Shown: positions 1-9,066 of the stretch, piece by piece
How positions within the stretch are numbered: the stretch's first letter is position 1
Layout: the number at the start of each line of letters is the position of its first letter
NCBI GenBank assembly: GCA_965237675.1
Contig: OZ250150.1
Span: forward strand, 3,232,001-3,296,000
Length of the DNA stretch: 64,000 bases
Source: Candidatus Latescibacterota bacterium
Lineage (GTDB): Bacteria > Latescibacterota > UBA2968 > GCA-2709665
Reading direction: 5' to 3'
The notes under the pieces: model-generated
Database searches by the model: none
Seen by the model: the letters and a program-made list of their open reading frames with translations, nothing else
Told to the model about the DNA's origin: nothing
Translations under genes and position numbers: made by a program

Positions 1-426
1 GGCAACCTTTATATCGCAGATACGTTCAACAATCGCATCCGCATGGTGGATACCACAGGCAGAATCAGCACGGTGGCCGGCGGCAGCAGTATCGGCCCGA
101 CTGCCGGAACGTATTCCGGAGATGGCGGACCGGCGACCGAGGCCAACCTCTCGCGCCCCAGCGACGTGGTCGTCGATGCGGAGGGAAACCTGTTTATTGC
201 CGATACCGGTAACCATTGTATCCGCAAGGTGGATACCAGCGGTTTTATTACCACCCTGGCCGGCCGGTGTGGAGAGCCGGGTTTCAAGGGCGACAGCGAC
301 CATCCCCGGTGGGGAAAACTCAGGAGTCCCTACGGGGTTGCACTCGATCAGGACGAGAATCTGTACATCGCCGATACGTTCAACCATCGGATTCGCGTGG
401 TGTACAAGAATGTCGTCGAAAGATGA
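1..426 (+). CDS. NHL-repeat (beta-propeller) protein, 5' part outside window
   Basis: Frame is open from base 1 (GNLYIADTFNNRIRMVD...). Three NHL repeats: NLYIADTFNNRIR, NLFIADTGNHCIRKVD, NLYIADTFNHRIRVV. Confidence 0.9.
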   Translation, partial: GNLYIADTFNNRIRMVDTTGRISTVAGGSSIGPTAGTYSGDGGPATEANLSRPSDVVVDAEGNLFIADTGNHCIRKVDTSGFITTLAGRCGEPGFKGDSDHPRWGKLRSPYGVALDQDENLYIADTFNHRIRVVYKNVVER

Positions 427-491
427 TCCGTCAATCGGTCAGCGGGGGACATGGTTTTCGGGTATGGATGCCGTTCCTCGAGGGAGTGTTT

Positions 492-995
492 ATGGGCGGG
501 ACAAAACTGGTTTGGATCACCGGGGTTGTGCTGGGGGCGGGTCTGATATTCAGTTTCCCCGATGTCGGGGCCGCAAAGGACGGAAAATCCAATCCTTTAC
601 CTCGGGTGCAGGTCGTCACGCTCGAGGGAGATACGCTGAGTCTGGCCGAGGTCTGCGAAGGAAAGACATCCTTCATTTATTTGTGGGCCACCTGGTGCAA
701 AACCTGCAAGAAGGATATGGAGAATGTCTTCAAGTTGCGGGAGAAATTCGGAGAGAGGGTGCAGGTCTTCGGCATCGCATGGAAGAATAGCGCGGAGGAG
801 ATCCAGACCTACTTCGCCGGAAGGAAAGAATCGCTGCACAGCTACATCGATACCGACGGACGTGTGTTCGAGGCTTTCGACACCCGGTTGACGCCCACGG
901 TTGTGATCGTAGACGGCCGCGGGGAGGTCCTTTTTTCCGGGTACGCTTCCTTTCGAAGATTCAGAAAATTGCTGGACAAGGCATTGAAAGGCTAG
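492..995 (+). CDS. TlpA/ResA-like thioredoxin-fold redoxin with N-terminal membrane anchor
   Basis: WATWCKTC CxxC motif, cis-Pro region TPTVVIVDGRGEV, hydrophobic N-terminus. GAGGGAG RBS before ATG 492. Confidence 0.85.
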   Translation: MGGTKLVWITGVVLGAGLIFSFPDVGAAKDGKSNPLPRVQVVTLEGDTLSLAEVCEGKTSFIYLWATWCKTCKKDMENVFKLREKFGERVQVFGIAWKNSAEEIQTYFAGRKESLHSYIDTDGRVFEAFDTRLTPTVVIVDGRGEVLFSGYASFRRFRKLLDKALKG

Positions 996-1031
996 TGTTC
1001 TGTCCCGGAAATAGATTGCCGAAATTCGGCC
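992..1031 (+). repeat. 40-bp dispersed repeat, copy 1 (possible IS/MITE end)
   Basis: CTAGTGTTCTGTCCCGGAAATAGATTGCCGAAATTCGGCC, 38/40 identical to 14426-14465. Overlaps the TAG stop of the upstream gene. Confidence 0.8.
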
Positions 1032-1071
1032 GCCGAGCGATGGCAACGCAGCGAGAAGGGATGAATCGGCG

Positions 1072-1107
1072 CCTGCCTGTGCGTGCTGCCTCACGCACGC
1101 AGACAGG
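1072..1107. repeat. REP-like imperfect palindrome
   Basis: CCTGCCTGTGCGTG-ctgcct-CACGCACGCAGACAGG folds into a hairpin. Confidence 0.5.
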
Positions 1108-1186
1108 GAAGAATGGTGACATATTTCTGGGAGGTGACACCGGTCGTCGATTGAACGCTAACCACAACGTTGGAGGAGCGTGGACG

Positions 1187-2161
1187 ATGAGACGAGTATT
1201 ACTGGTTTTTCCGTTGATCCTGCTCACCCACCTGGTTCTCGGAAACAAATCTGTTCTGGCGCAACCCGGCGTGAGTTGACGTCGTCCCGTGCTCCCGGGC
1301 GGGAGAATGCTCCAGGGCAGTCTGATTACCCAGGATCTTTTCGTTCTGAGCGTGAATTACGAGTATGAGTTTCTGGGCGATGCGATGTTTGGTACAGGGC
1401 CGATCCCCAACGTCAACCAGGAAGTCACCAGCATTTCAACGGTGTCGGTATTCGCAAGTTATGGGGTCAAGGAATGGTTCGGCGCCGCCGTGGTTCTTCC
1501 GTTTCGGTCCATAACCAACGACAAATTTCTTCTTCCAGGTCAGTACGACAACCAGTATCTGGGCGGCGATTATGTCCGGCATGCCGCCGGTCTCGGCGAC
1601 GTTGTTCTGATGTTGAACTTTGCCCCTCCTCTGCCGGAAGCATTGCCCGGGCTGCTTTTTTCGGCAGGTGTCAAGCTCGCGAACGGGTCGACCCATGCGG
1701 TCGATGAGTATGACCAGCGGTTCGCCGACTTACTGCAGGTGGGTTCCGGCAGCATGGACCCCATTTTCTCCGTAAGTCTGTCGCGCGACTTCAATAACCT
1801 GTTTTTCTCCGGTATGCTGTTCACACGCATTATTTCACGCGAGAATGTATATGGCTACAAATACGGGAACGAGTTTCAGGGCATCTTTTCAATGGAATAT
1901 ATGCATGGGGACATGTTTATTGCGGGTTTCAGCCTGAACCACGTTCACACGGCTCGCGATTATTTCCAATATGGAAAAATCGCCCGAAAACGCGGGGGCA
2001 CCTGGCTCTATGTCGCGCCGAAGCTGGGCGTACGGGCAATGGAAAATTTGAGCCTGGAGGCGAGATTGCCGCTTCCCGTTTACCAGAAAGTGAACGAAAG
2101 CCAGCTAACCTCCGATTATCAGTTCCACGTGGGCGCCACGTATCATTTTTTGGCTCGATAA
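1187..2161 (+). CDS. Putative outer-membrane beta-barrel ('transporter'/MetA-phenol-degradation-like) protein with in-frame TGA at codon 31 (candidate selenoprotein)
   Basis: GGAGGAG RBS, ATG 1187 and signal peptide MRRVLLVFPLILL...VLA/Q are in the same frame as ORF 1289-2161. The only interruption is TGA 1277-1279. Body has GLGDV and LQVGSGSMD motifs, amphipathic strands and a C-terminal YHF. Confidence 0.7.
1280..1305 (+). promoter_or_regulatory. Candidate bacterial SECIS hairpin
   Basis: CTCCC-GGGC-GGGAG stem-loop (1292-1305) starts 12 nt after the UGA and has G in the apical loop. Confidence 0.5.
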
Positions 2162-2213
2162 GCGGCGAGAGAAGGCCGTGTAGCGTGGTTTTGGTAAAGA
2201 GCAGGAGGCTGCC

Positions 2214-2945
2214 GTGGCACAAAGAGACACCGAAAAGATGTGGGCCGAACTGGCGCCATTCTACGACGTATTGTATCTGTGGAAGGACTATGCGGCCGAG
2301 GCCGCACGGGTTCATCAATTGATCCAAACGCATCGGATGTCGTCCGGCAACACACTGCTGGATGTCGCGTGCGGGACCGGTGAACACACCCGGTTTCTTC
2401 GGGAGCACTACGATGTAACCGGTGTCGATCTGAATCGGGAAATGTTGAAGGTGGCGCGAAGGAAGATCCCCGGGGTCCCGTTACTTTGCCGGGATATGAC
2501 TTCTTTCGACCTGAAGCGTCGGTTTGACGCGGTTGTCTGCCTGTTCAGTTCGATTGCCTACGTCAGGATCTACCGGAACCTGAAGCGGACCATCGCTTGT
2601 TTTGGAAGACATTTGAAACCGGGTGGCATTCTTGTCATAGAGCCCTTTTTCACGACAGAGACATTTCTGCCGGGATCGATCCACGCAGGTACCCTTGAAG
2701 CCGAAGGCGTCAAGATCTCCAGACACACCGTGAGCAGGCGCCGCGGAAACCTGGCCGTTCTCGACTTCCATTTTCTTCTCTCAACCATGAAAGGCGTACA
2801 ATACTTTCGGGACACCCACGAATTGGCGCTCTTCGACCGGGAGCGATTCCTCGAAATTCTCTCGGACGCCGGACTTCGCACGTGGTATTACGAGGACGGA
2901 TTGATGCGAGATCGAGGACTCTACGTGTCGTTGAAAGCCCTTTGA
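2214..2945 (+). CDS. Class I SAM-dependent methyltransferase (resembles sugar/amine N-methyltransferases)
   Basis: LLDVACGTGEH motif I, FDAVVCLFSSIAY, HLKPGGILVIEP, YDxxY..KDY N-terminus. AGGAGG RBS. Confidence 0.9.
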   Translation: MAQRDTEKMWAELAPFYDVLYLWKDYAAEAARVHQLIQTHRMSSGNTLLDVACGTGEHTRFLREHYDVTGVDLNREMLKVARRKIPGVPLLCRDMTSFDLKRRFDAVVCLFSSIAYVRIYRNLKRTIACFGRHLKPGGILVIEPFFTTETFLPGSIHAGTLEAEGVKISRHTVSRRRGNLAVLDFHFLLSTMKGVQYFRDTHELALFDRERFLEILSDAGLRTWYYEDGLMRDRGLYVSLKAL

Positions 2946-2992
2946 ACCACCGGATCTGGCGTCGGCCGACCGGGATCGCCCGTGAATGTCGT

Positions 2993-3021
2993 TTGATACG
3001 CCCTCTTTAAGAGCCTATATT
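2993..3021 (+). promoter_or_regulatory. Sigma70-type promoter of the methylamine cluster
   Basis: TTGATA (2993-2998), 17 nt spacer, TATATT (3016-3021). Confidence 0.55.
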
Positions 3022-3136
3022 AGTTCGTAAAACGGCGGTCGGATGGCTTCGAACCTGAGGTCAACGCCTATGTGGCGCGATCGGTCAGGTCTGACGATGC
3101 GCCGTCCCCCTGACGCGAAGCCGGGAGTGAAATCTT

Positions 3137-4501
3137 ATGGAATCGCGTAGAGACAGTGGCAATGGAAGGACCGAGCGCAACCCCCAGGTTCTGGGCAAGA
3201 ATTTCATGTTTCCGCCCCACGTGATCGACGATATCCATATCAAGGCGAATCTGGGTCGGTATCGCATGCGCGGCATGGCGCTCTTCAAGAAGATTCCATC
3301 GTGGGACGACCTGACGTTTCTACCGGGTACGCTCACACGGTTCGTGATCGAAGGATATCGGGAAAAATGCGAAACCCGGACGGTGCTCGGGCCTATCGCC
3401 CGGCGGCCACTGGTGCTCGATATTCCCGTTTATATTACGGGGATGAGCTTCGGGGCGTTGTCCTACGAGGCGAAGGTGGCGCTGGCGAGAGGGGCCACAA
3501 TGGCGGGCACGGCGACCTGTTCCGGAGAAGGCGGAATGCTTCCCGACGAACGCCGGTATTCGGAGAAGTGGCTGTACCAGTGCATTCAGTCCCGATACGG
3601 GTTCAACCCACACCATATGCGTCTTGCCGACGGCGTGGAGTTTTTTATCGGCCAGGGATGCAAGGTGGGGCTTGGCGGACACCTGATGGGCCAGAAGGTG
3701 ACCGACCAGGTGGCCGAGATGCGGTCGTTGCCGGCAGGGATCGATCAGCGTTCGCCTGCAAGGCACCCGGACTGGCTGGGCCCCGATGATCTGGCTTTAA
3801 AGATTGAGGAGATCCGTGAGGCGACCAACTGGCAGATTCCCATTCAGTTGAAACTTGGCGCGGCGCGTGTGTACGACGACGTGCGGATGGCGGCCAAGAC
3901 GGGGCCCGACAGTATCTATATGGACGGGATGGAAGGGTCAACGGGCGCGGGACCCCATCTCGCCACCGAGGAGACGGGCGTACCGGGCATCGCGGCCATC
4001 AGGCAGGCCAGAAAGGCACTGGACGATGTGGGCAAGACCGGGGAGATAACGCTGGTCTATGCGGGCGGGATTCGCAACGGAGCCGACGTGGCCAAAGCAC
4101 TTGCGCTCGGAGCCGATGCGGTCGCCATCGGCACGGCGGCGATGGTGGCGCTGAACTGCAACAGAGATATCCCCGAGGCGGATTACGAGGGCACGGTTGG
4201 CGTGCCGGCGGGTTCCTGCTACCATTGTCATACCGGACTGTGTCCCGTGGGCGTGGCCACCCAGGACCCTGTGCTGCGCAGCCGCCTGGATCCCGATGAG
4301 GCGGCCGAACGGGTGTACAATTTCCTGCATACCCTGGCCATCGAATGTCAGATGTTCGCCAGGGCTTGCGGCAAGACCGATGTGCACTCCCTGGAGCCGG
4401 AGGATCTTGCCGCCCTGACGACGGAGGCTTCCGCCATGGCCGAGGTGCCGCTGGCGGGTACCCGGCACACCGTCGGGCATCCCGAGATGAACAGGTATTG
4501 A
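3137..4501 (+). CDS. mgsC: FMN-binding glutamate synthase family protein, N-methylglutamate synthase subunit C (GlxD/MgsC)
   Basis: GMSFGALS, GQGCKVGLGGHL, GIDQRSPARHPD, AGGIRNGADVAKALALGAD, CYHCHTGLCPVGVATQDP. Clustered with gmaS, tdm and fhs. Confidence 0.85.
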   Translation: MESRRDSGNGRTERNPQVLGKNFMFPPHVIDDIHIKANLGRYRMRGMALFKKIPSWDDLTFLPGTLTRFVIEGYREKCETRTVLGPIARRPLVLDIPVYITGMSFGALSYEAKVALARGATMAGTATCSGEGGMLPDERRYSEKWLYQCIQSRYGFNPHHMRLADGVEFFIGQGCKVGLGGHLMGQKVTDQVAEMRSLPAGIDQRSPARHPDWLGPDDLALKIEEIREATNWQIPIQLKLGAARVYDDVRMAAKTGPDSIYMDGMEGSTGAGPHLATEETGVPGIAAIRQARKALDDVGKTGEITLVYAGGIRNGADVAKALALGADAVAIGTAAMVALNCNRDIPEADYEGTVGVPAGSCYHCHTGLCPVGVATQDPVLRSRLDPDEAAERVYNFLHTLAIECQMFARACGKTDVHSLEPEDLAALTTEASAMAEVPLAGTRHTVGHPEMNRY

Positions 4502-4619
4502 GTATCGAAAAGGACCCCACGTTTCTATCAGGTAAGCAAACGGGGATCGTCAGATCCGGCGCCGGCCCTGCGCTATTCGGGTCGTTGCCGCGGTTGAATC
4601 GGGAAAACAGGAGAATCCG

Positions 4620-5036
4620 ATGGACAAAGCAGAAGATGTGAACTATTACCTGAAGTCCACGGGTATCGACTCGGACCGCGAGAGAGAAATCGGACAGCAC
4701 ATTGGATATCGGTACGATGTAAACTTGCTGCCGGATTATACGCTCCTGACCCCGTTCTTGAAGCGATACATCGAGGCGATGGGCTGGCGGGATCTGAATT
4801 GGTTGGAAGATGTACATATGGGATATGAAGATGGAAAGCCCGCTGTGTTCGACAGGAATATCAACGGATGGGTGCTGGTTCCCGAAGATATGGCATTGCC
4901 CGACAACCAGCAGGAGCGTGACATGATTGCGCGTGAACTGCTGGTCAAGTTTCAAATGTCCGAGAAGCATCCGATAATGGAACTCAGAGAGGCATACGAA
5001 ATAAAGTTCGAAGAGGATACCAGGGACGGCGGGTAG
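4620..5036 (+). CDS. Hypothetical protein (138 aa) in methylamine cluster
   Basis: AGGAG RBS, protein-like composition, co-oriented with the cluster. No family recognised. Confidence 0.75.
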   Translation: MDKAEDVNYYLKSTGIDSDREREIGQHIGYRYDVNLLPDYTLLTPFLKRYIEAMGWRDLNWLEDVHMGYEDGKPAVFDRNINGWVLVPEDMALPDNQQERDMIARELLVKFQMSEKHPIMELREAYEIKFEEDTRDGG

Positions 5037-5221
5037 ACGCTGCAAACCACGGCGTTTCGCAGATGGCACGAAACGGGAGCGAACTTGCACCCGACCGGGA
5101 GATGTCTCGGGCCGCAGCGACGCCGTGTAAATTCCAGTCTCAGGGCGTTCTCAGACGGCGCGCCGCACCCTCGGCGCGTCCGATTCTTGTAGTTGGCATC
5201 CTCAAAAACCCGGGAGGCGTT

Positions 5222-6616
5222 ATGAGCAAGACCAAGATGTGGGGCCCAGAGGCGTTCTGGGGTATGGACTACGACTGGGATCCCCAGTGGTTATTGACGC
5301 CTGAGCAGGAAGCGCTCCAGGCGAAACTGATCGAACTCTGCCGGACAACGCTGCGGAATAACGCTGTCGAGAGCGATCGGAACCTGGTGTTTCCGCGGAA
5401 GAACTTCGAGGCGCTGGCTTCGCTGGGACTGCTGGGATTGATTGTGCCCGGGGAATGGGGAGGTCTGGGGGAGAACCATACGTGCACGGCGATGGTGGTG
5501 GAGACGCTTGCGCGATACGGTTGCGCCAGTACGGCGATGTGTTACACCATGCACATCGGCGCCGTGGCCGCGTCCATGTTCCGGGCGCACGACAACCCGA
5601 CGATTCAGGACTTGATGAAACGCCTCGACAGAGATGTCTTGGTGGGCACGTTATCCTATTCGGACCCCGAGACGGGTTCTCATTTCTGGTATCCGATTTC
5701 GTCGGGGGCCGAGCGGGTGGCGGGAGGCTGGAAGGTGCGCAAGAAGGCGTCGTGGACGACATCCGCGGGTTTTGCCGACTGGTACATCGTGCAGACGACG
5801 AGTCCGGATTTCGGAGGGGACTATTCAGATCTGTCCTGCTTTCTCGTGATGGCCGACGAGGTGAAAGCGGAGCCGTCCCTCTGGGATGGTCTGGGATTGC
5901 GGGGGAATCAGTCCGGCACGCTGGAGGTCGACAACGTGACGATGCCGGAGGACAGACTGGTGGGGCCCGTGGGCGACGGAGCGAACTCCAACGACGAGAC
6001 GGTGGATCCGTTTTTCCTGTTGTGCTCATCGGCATGCTGGAACGGGATTTCATTGGGGATGATCGATATCGCCAGGCGACACACAACAGCCAAACGGCAT
6101 GAGGATGTGGGCATGCGGGTGGCGGACTATCCCACGATCCAGGATTATGTGGGCGAGGCCGTGATCGATACCAATACCTCCCGTTCCTTTGTCTACCTGA
6201 TGGCCAGTGCGATGGACGATGTCACGAATCAGTGCGACTGGTCGATCCACGCGGATCTCTCGTGTATGCCGAGGTCACAGGTGCTGCACTGGATGTGGCA
6301 GGTGAAGTTCACGGCGGCAAAGAATGTGGCGAACGTCTCCGACAAGATGCTCCATGCGTGCGGCGGAACGGGGTACAAACCCGCTCTGGGTATCGAACGT
6401 TATCTGCGTGACGGCAAGGCGGGGTGGGTGATGGGGCCCACCAACGAGATCCTCCGCCAGTTTGTGGGCAAGAGCGTGTTGCTGGGATTCGACTCGCTGG
6501 ACTATTGGAACCAGTCCGTGAACGAGCGAATACTGAGGAACGAACTCAAGAAGATGGACGGCGAGAAAAAGAAGAAACTCGCACGGGAGCTTCTGGCTGA
6601 GGCCGATGAGGGGTGA
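5222..6616 (+). CDS. Acyl-CoA dehydrogenase-fold flavoprotein (possible flavin-dependent monooxygenase)
   Basis: GLLGLIVPGEWGGLG, SDPETGSH, KKASWTTSA, GLRGNQSG, ACGGTGY...IERYLRD. GGGAGG RBS before ATG 5222. Confidence 0.85.
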   Translation: MSKTKMWGPEAFWGMDYDWDPQWLLTPEQEALQAKLIELCRTTLRNNAVESDRNLVFPRKNFEALASLGLLGLIVPGEWGGLGENHTCTAMVVETLARYGCASTAMCYTMHIGAVAASMFRAHDNPTIQDLMKRLDRDVLVGTLSYSDPETGSHFWYPISSGAERVAGGWKVRKKASWTTSAGFADWYIVQTTSPDFGGDYSDLSCFLVMADEVKAEPSLWDGLGLRGNQSGTLEVDNVTMPEDRLVGPVGDGANSNDETVDPFFLLCSSACWNGISLGMIDIARRHTTAKRHEDVGMRVADYPTIQDYVGEAVIDTNTSRSFVYLMASAMDDVTNQCDWSIHADLSCMPRSQVLHWMWQVKFTAAKNVANVSDKMLHACGGTGYKPALGIERYLRDGKAGWVMGPTNEILRQFVGKSVLLGFDSLDYWNQSVNERILRNELKKMDGEKKKKLARELLAEADEG

Positions 6617-8949
6617 TGCCTGCAAACGTCCAAACGATGGGGTCAGGATTGTTGAGATGGTCCCCCGGCAGGGAGCGCTACCGGGTGCCGGGCGGTGGGG
6701 CGATCGCCCTGGCGCTGGCACCGGGCGATCGGTTGGAGGTCGTGGACGTGGAGGGACGCCAGCGCTGCGAACTGGGCGTTTTCGGTCCGGATGGGAGTGC
6801 AGACGCGTCGCGGCTGGGTCTCCGTGCAGATGGCACGATAGCGGGTTTCGCGGCCGCGCTTGAGCGCGGGAACGAGAGCGCGCAGGCTGCTGCCGCGACA
6901 CTGCGGCGGAGGGGCATCGATCTGGCGGACGCGCCGGCGGTACAGGTCTTCGGCGGAGAGACGGTAGCAGGCGCCGAAGCGTGTTTCGCGGCCCTGCGGG
7001 ATGCCGTATGCGTGATTGCGGCGCCCGGCGGCCCGATGAGGGCAGATGCCCAGGATCCCCCCACGGACCTGGAGGTGGTGGTCAGGCGTACGCTTGCCCA
7101 AATGAAGGAACGCCCGCCGCTTCCCGCGCCCCTGGGAGACCTGCGTCTCGATTTGGAGGTGGACAGGGCGTCGGCAATCGCCTACGAGGTGAAGGCCGGG
7201 GAATACATCCAGGTCATTGACGTGGCGGGTCGCCAGTGTTCCGACTTTCTGGCATTCGACAGCAGACAACTGCAACGTGGGGTGGAACGAGGGTTGGATG
7301 CGACCACAACGCGGACGCTGACGGGCGCCGCCTATCCCGGCCCGGGCCTGTATTCGAAGTTTTACGATCAGGATATGCGGCCGCTGGTCGAAGTCGTTCG
7401 AGATACGGTGGGACGACACGATACGTTTGCGCTTGCGTGCACCGCGAAATATTACGAGGATATGGGGTATCCGGGCCACGTCAATTGTACGGACAACTTT
7501 AACGCGGCATTGGACCCGTACACAATACAGCCCCGGCGTGGCTGGCCCGCGGTGAATTTTTTTTACAATACGAGAATCGACCAGGATAACGTCCTGGTCA
7601 TGGACGAGCCCTGGTCTCGCCCGGGCGACCACGTACTTTTAAGAGCATTGACCGACCTGGTCTGCCTATCGTCCGCGTGTCCTGACGATATCGATCCCGC
7701 CAACGGCTGGGACCCGACGGAGATCCAGGTCCGCGTCTACCCCGAGCGGTACCGGTTTTCCAGAGGGATCGCGCACAGAATGACCCCAGACGCCGAGCCG
7801 AGGTTGACCAGGGAGACGGCGTTCCACGCGCGTACCTCGGCCATGACACGCGATTTCGAGGAGTATCGCGGCTACTGGCTGCCGTCGCGTTTTACCGCGA
7901 GCGGGGTCGTGGAGGAATACTACGCCTGCCGCGAGTCTGCGGTTGTGATCGATCTCTCCGCGCTTCGAAAGTTCGAAGTCCTGGGGCCGGATGCCGAGGC
8001 GCTGTTGCAGCATACGCTCACGCGCGACGTTCGCAGGCTTTCGGTTGGGCAGGTGACGTATTCGGCGATGTGTTACGAAACGGGCGGGGTGCTGGACGAC
8101 GGCACCCTGTTTCGGCTGGGATCTGAAAATTTCCGCTGGATCTGCGGCGATGATTATGGCGGTACGTGGCTGCGTGAGCAGGCAGGTCGGCTGGGTCTGC
8201 GTGTATGGGTGAGGAACTCGACCGATCAACTCCACAATCTTGCCGTGCAGGGTCCCGACAGCCGGGATATCTTGCGCAAAGTCATCTGGACGCCTCCGTC
8301 CCGCCCTTCGCTGGATGAATTGGGCTGGTTCCGTTTTACGGTGGGCCGAATGGGTGACGACAGCGGCCCGGCGGTGGTGGTTTCCAGGACGGGCTATACA
8401 GGCGAACTGGGTTATGAGATCTGGTGCCATCCCGACGACGCGCTGCGGGTATGGGATGGCGTCTGGGAGGCGGGTCAACCGCACGGCCTTGCCCCGATGG
8501 GACTGGAAGCCCTGGACGTGCTGCGGATCGAGGCGGGGCTGGTTTTTGCGGGCTGTGAGTTTGACGATCAGACGGATCCGTTCGAGGCGGGCATTGGCTT
8601 TACAGTTCCTCTCAAACGCAAGCACGAAGATTTCGTCGGTAGAGAGGCGCTGGTTCGCAGGCAGGCGCATCCGGAACGGGTGCTGGTGGGGCTGGAGGTG
8701 TCCGGAAACGAACCCGCCGGTACCGGCGATGACGTCTACGATGGGCGCGGTCGTGTGGGCGTGATTACCAGCGGCACCCGTTCGCCCATTCTGCGTAAGA
8801 ATATCGCGCTTTGCCGCATCGCGGTCGGGTACGCCAGGAATGGCGTTGAAGTGGAGGTGGGAAGGCTGGACGGCCACCAGAAGCGTATCCCCGCCCGGGT
8901 GGTGCGGTTTCCGTTTTACGATCCGGGGAAGACCCGGCCGCGTTCCTGA
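6613..8949 (+). CDS. tdm: Trimethylamine N-oxide demethylase (DUF1989 + GcvT-like aminomethyltransferase)
   Basis: N-terminal DUF1989 motifs (GRQCSDF, GRHDTFALAC, GHVNCTDN, SACPDDID) fused to a GcvT domain (DLSALRKFEV, SRTGYTGELGYE, LRIEAGL). 778 aa, methylamine context. Confidence 0.88.
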   Translation: MMPANVQTMGSGLLRWSPGRERYRVPGGGAIALALAPGDRLEVVDVEGRQRCELGVFGPDGSADASRLGLRADGTIAGFAAALERGNESAQAAAATLRRRGIDLADAPAVQVFGGETVAGAEACFAALRDAVCVIAAPGGPMRADAQDPPTDLEVVVRRTLAQMKERPPLPAPLGDLRLDLEVDRASAIAYEVKAGEYIQVIDVAGRQCSDFLAFDSRQLQRGVERGLDATTTRTLTGAAYPGPGLYSKFYDQDMRPLVEVVRDTVGRHDTFALACTAKYYEDMGYPGHVNCTDNFNAALDPYTIQPRRGWPAVNFFYNTRIDQDNVLVMDEPWSRPGDHVLLRALTDLVCLSSACPDDIDPANGWDPTEIQVRVYPERYRFSRGIAHRMTPDAEPRLTRETAFHARTSAMTRDFEEYRGYWLPSRFTASGVVEEYYACRESAVVIDLSALRKFEVLGPDAEALLQHTLTRDVRRLSVGQVTYSAMCYETGGVLDDGTLFRLGSENFRWICGDDYGGTWLREQAGRLGLRVWVRNSTDQLHNLAVQGPDSRDILRKVIWTPPSRPSLDELGWFRFTVGRMGDDSGPAVVVSRTGYTGELGYEIWCHPDDALRVWDGVWEAGQPHGLAPMGLEALDVLRIEAGLVFAGCEFDDQTDPFEAGIGFTVPLKRKHEDFVGREALVRRQAHPERVLVGLEVSGNEPAGTGDDVYDGRGRVGVITSGTRSPILRKNIALCRIAVGYARNGVEVEVGRLDGHQKRIPARVVRFPFYDPGKTRPRS

Positions 8950-9066
8950 TTGCGAAGCAACTTGCAAGTGCCGTCACGGAACGCCCGCCCGCCCCGTTTG
9001 AGGCCGCCGCGTGGCCCGCGGCGGTTGGCGCCGTATGCGACATTCCTCGCAGGAAAGGGGCATGGA

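Noticed and set aside
5064-5090. Sigma54 promoter (TGGCAC) upstream of the ACAD gene
   Set aside because: There is no TTGC at the required -12 spacing.
5130-5221. Guanidine-I (ykkC) riboswitch upstream of a DUF1989-containing operon
   Set aside because: Only the 3' AAAA-CCCGGGAG resemblance is present. The conserved 5' CUAGGGUUCCG core and the pairing GGG are missing.
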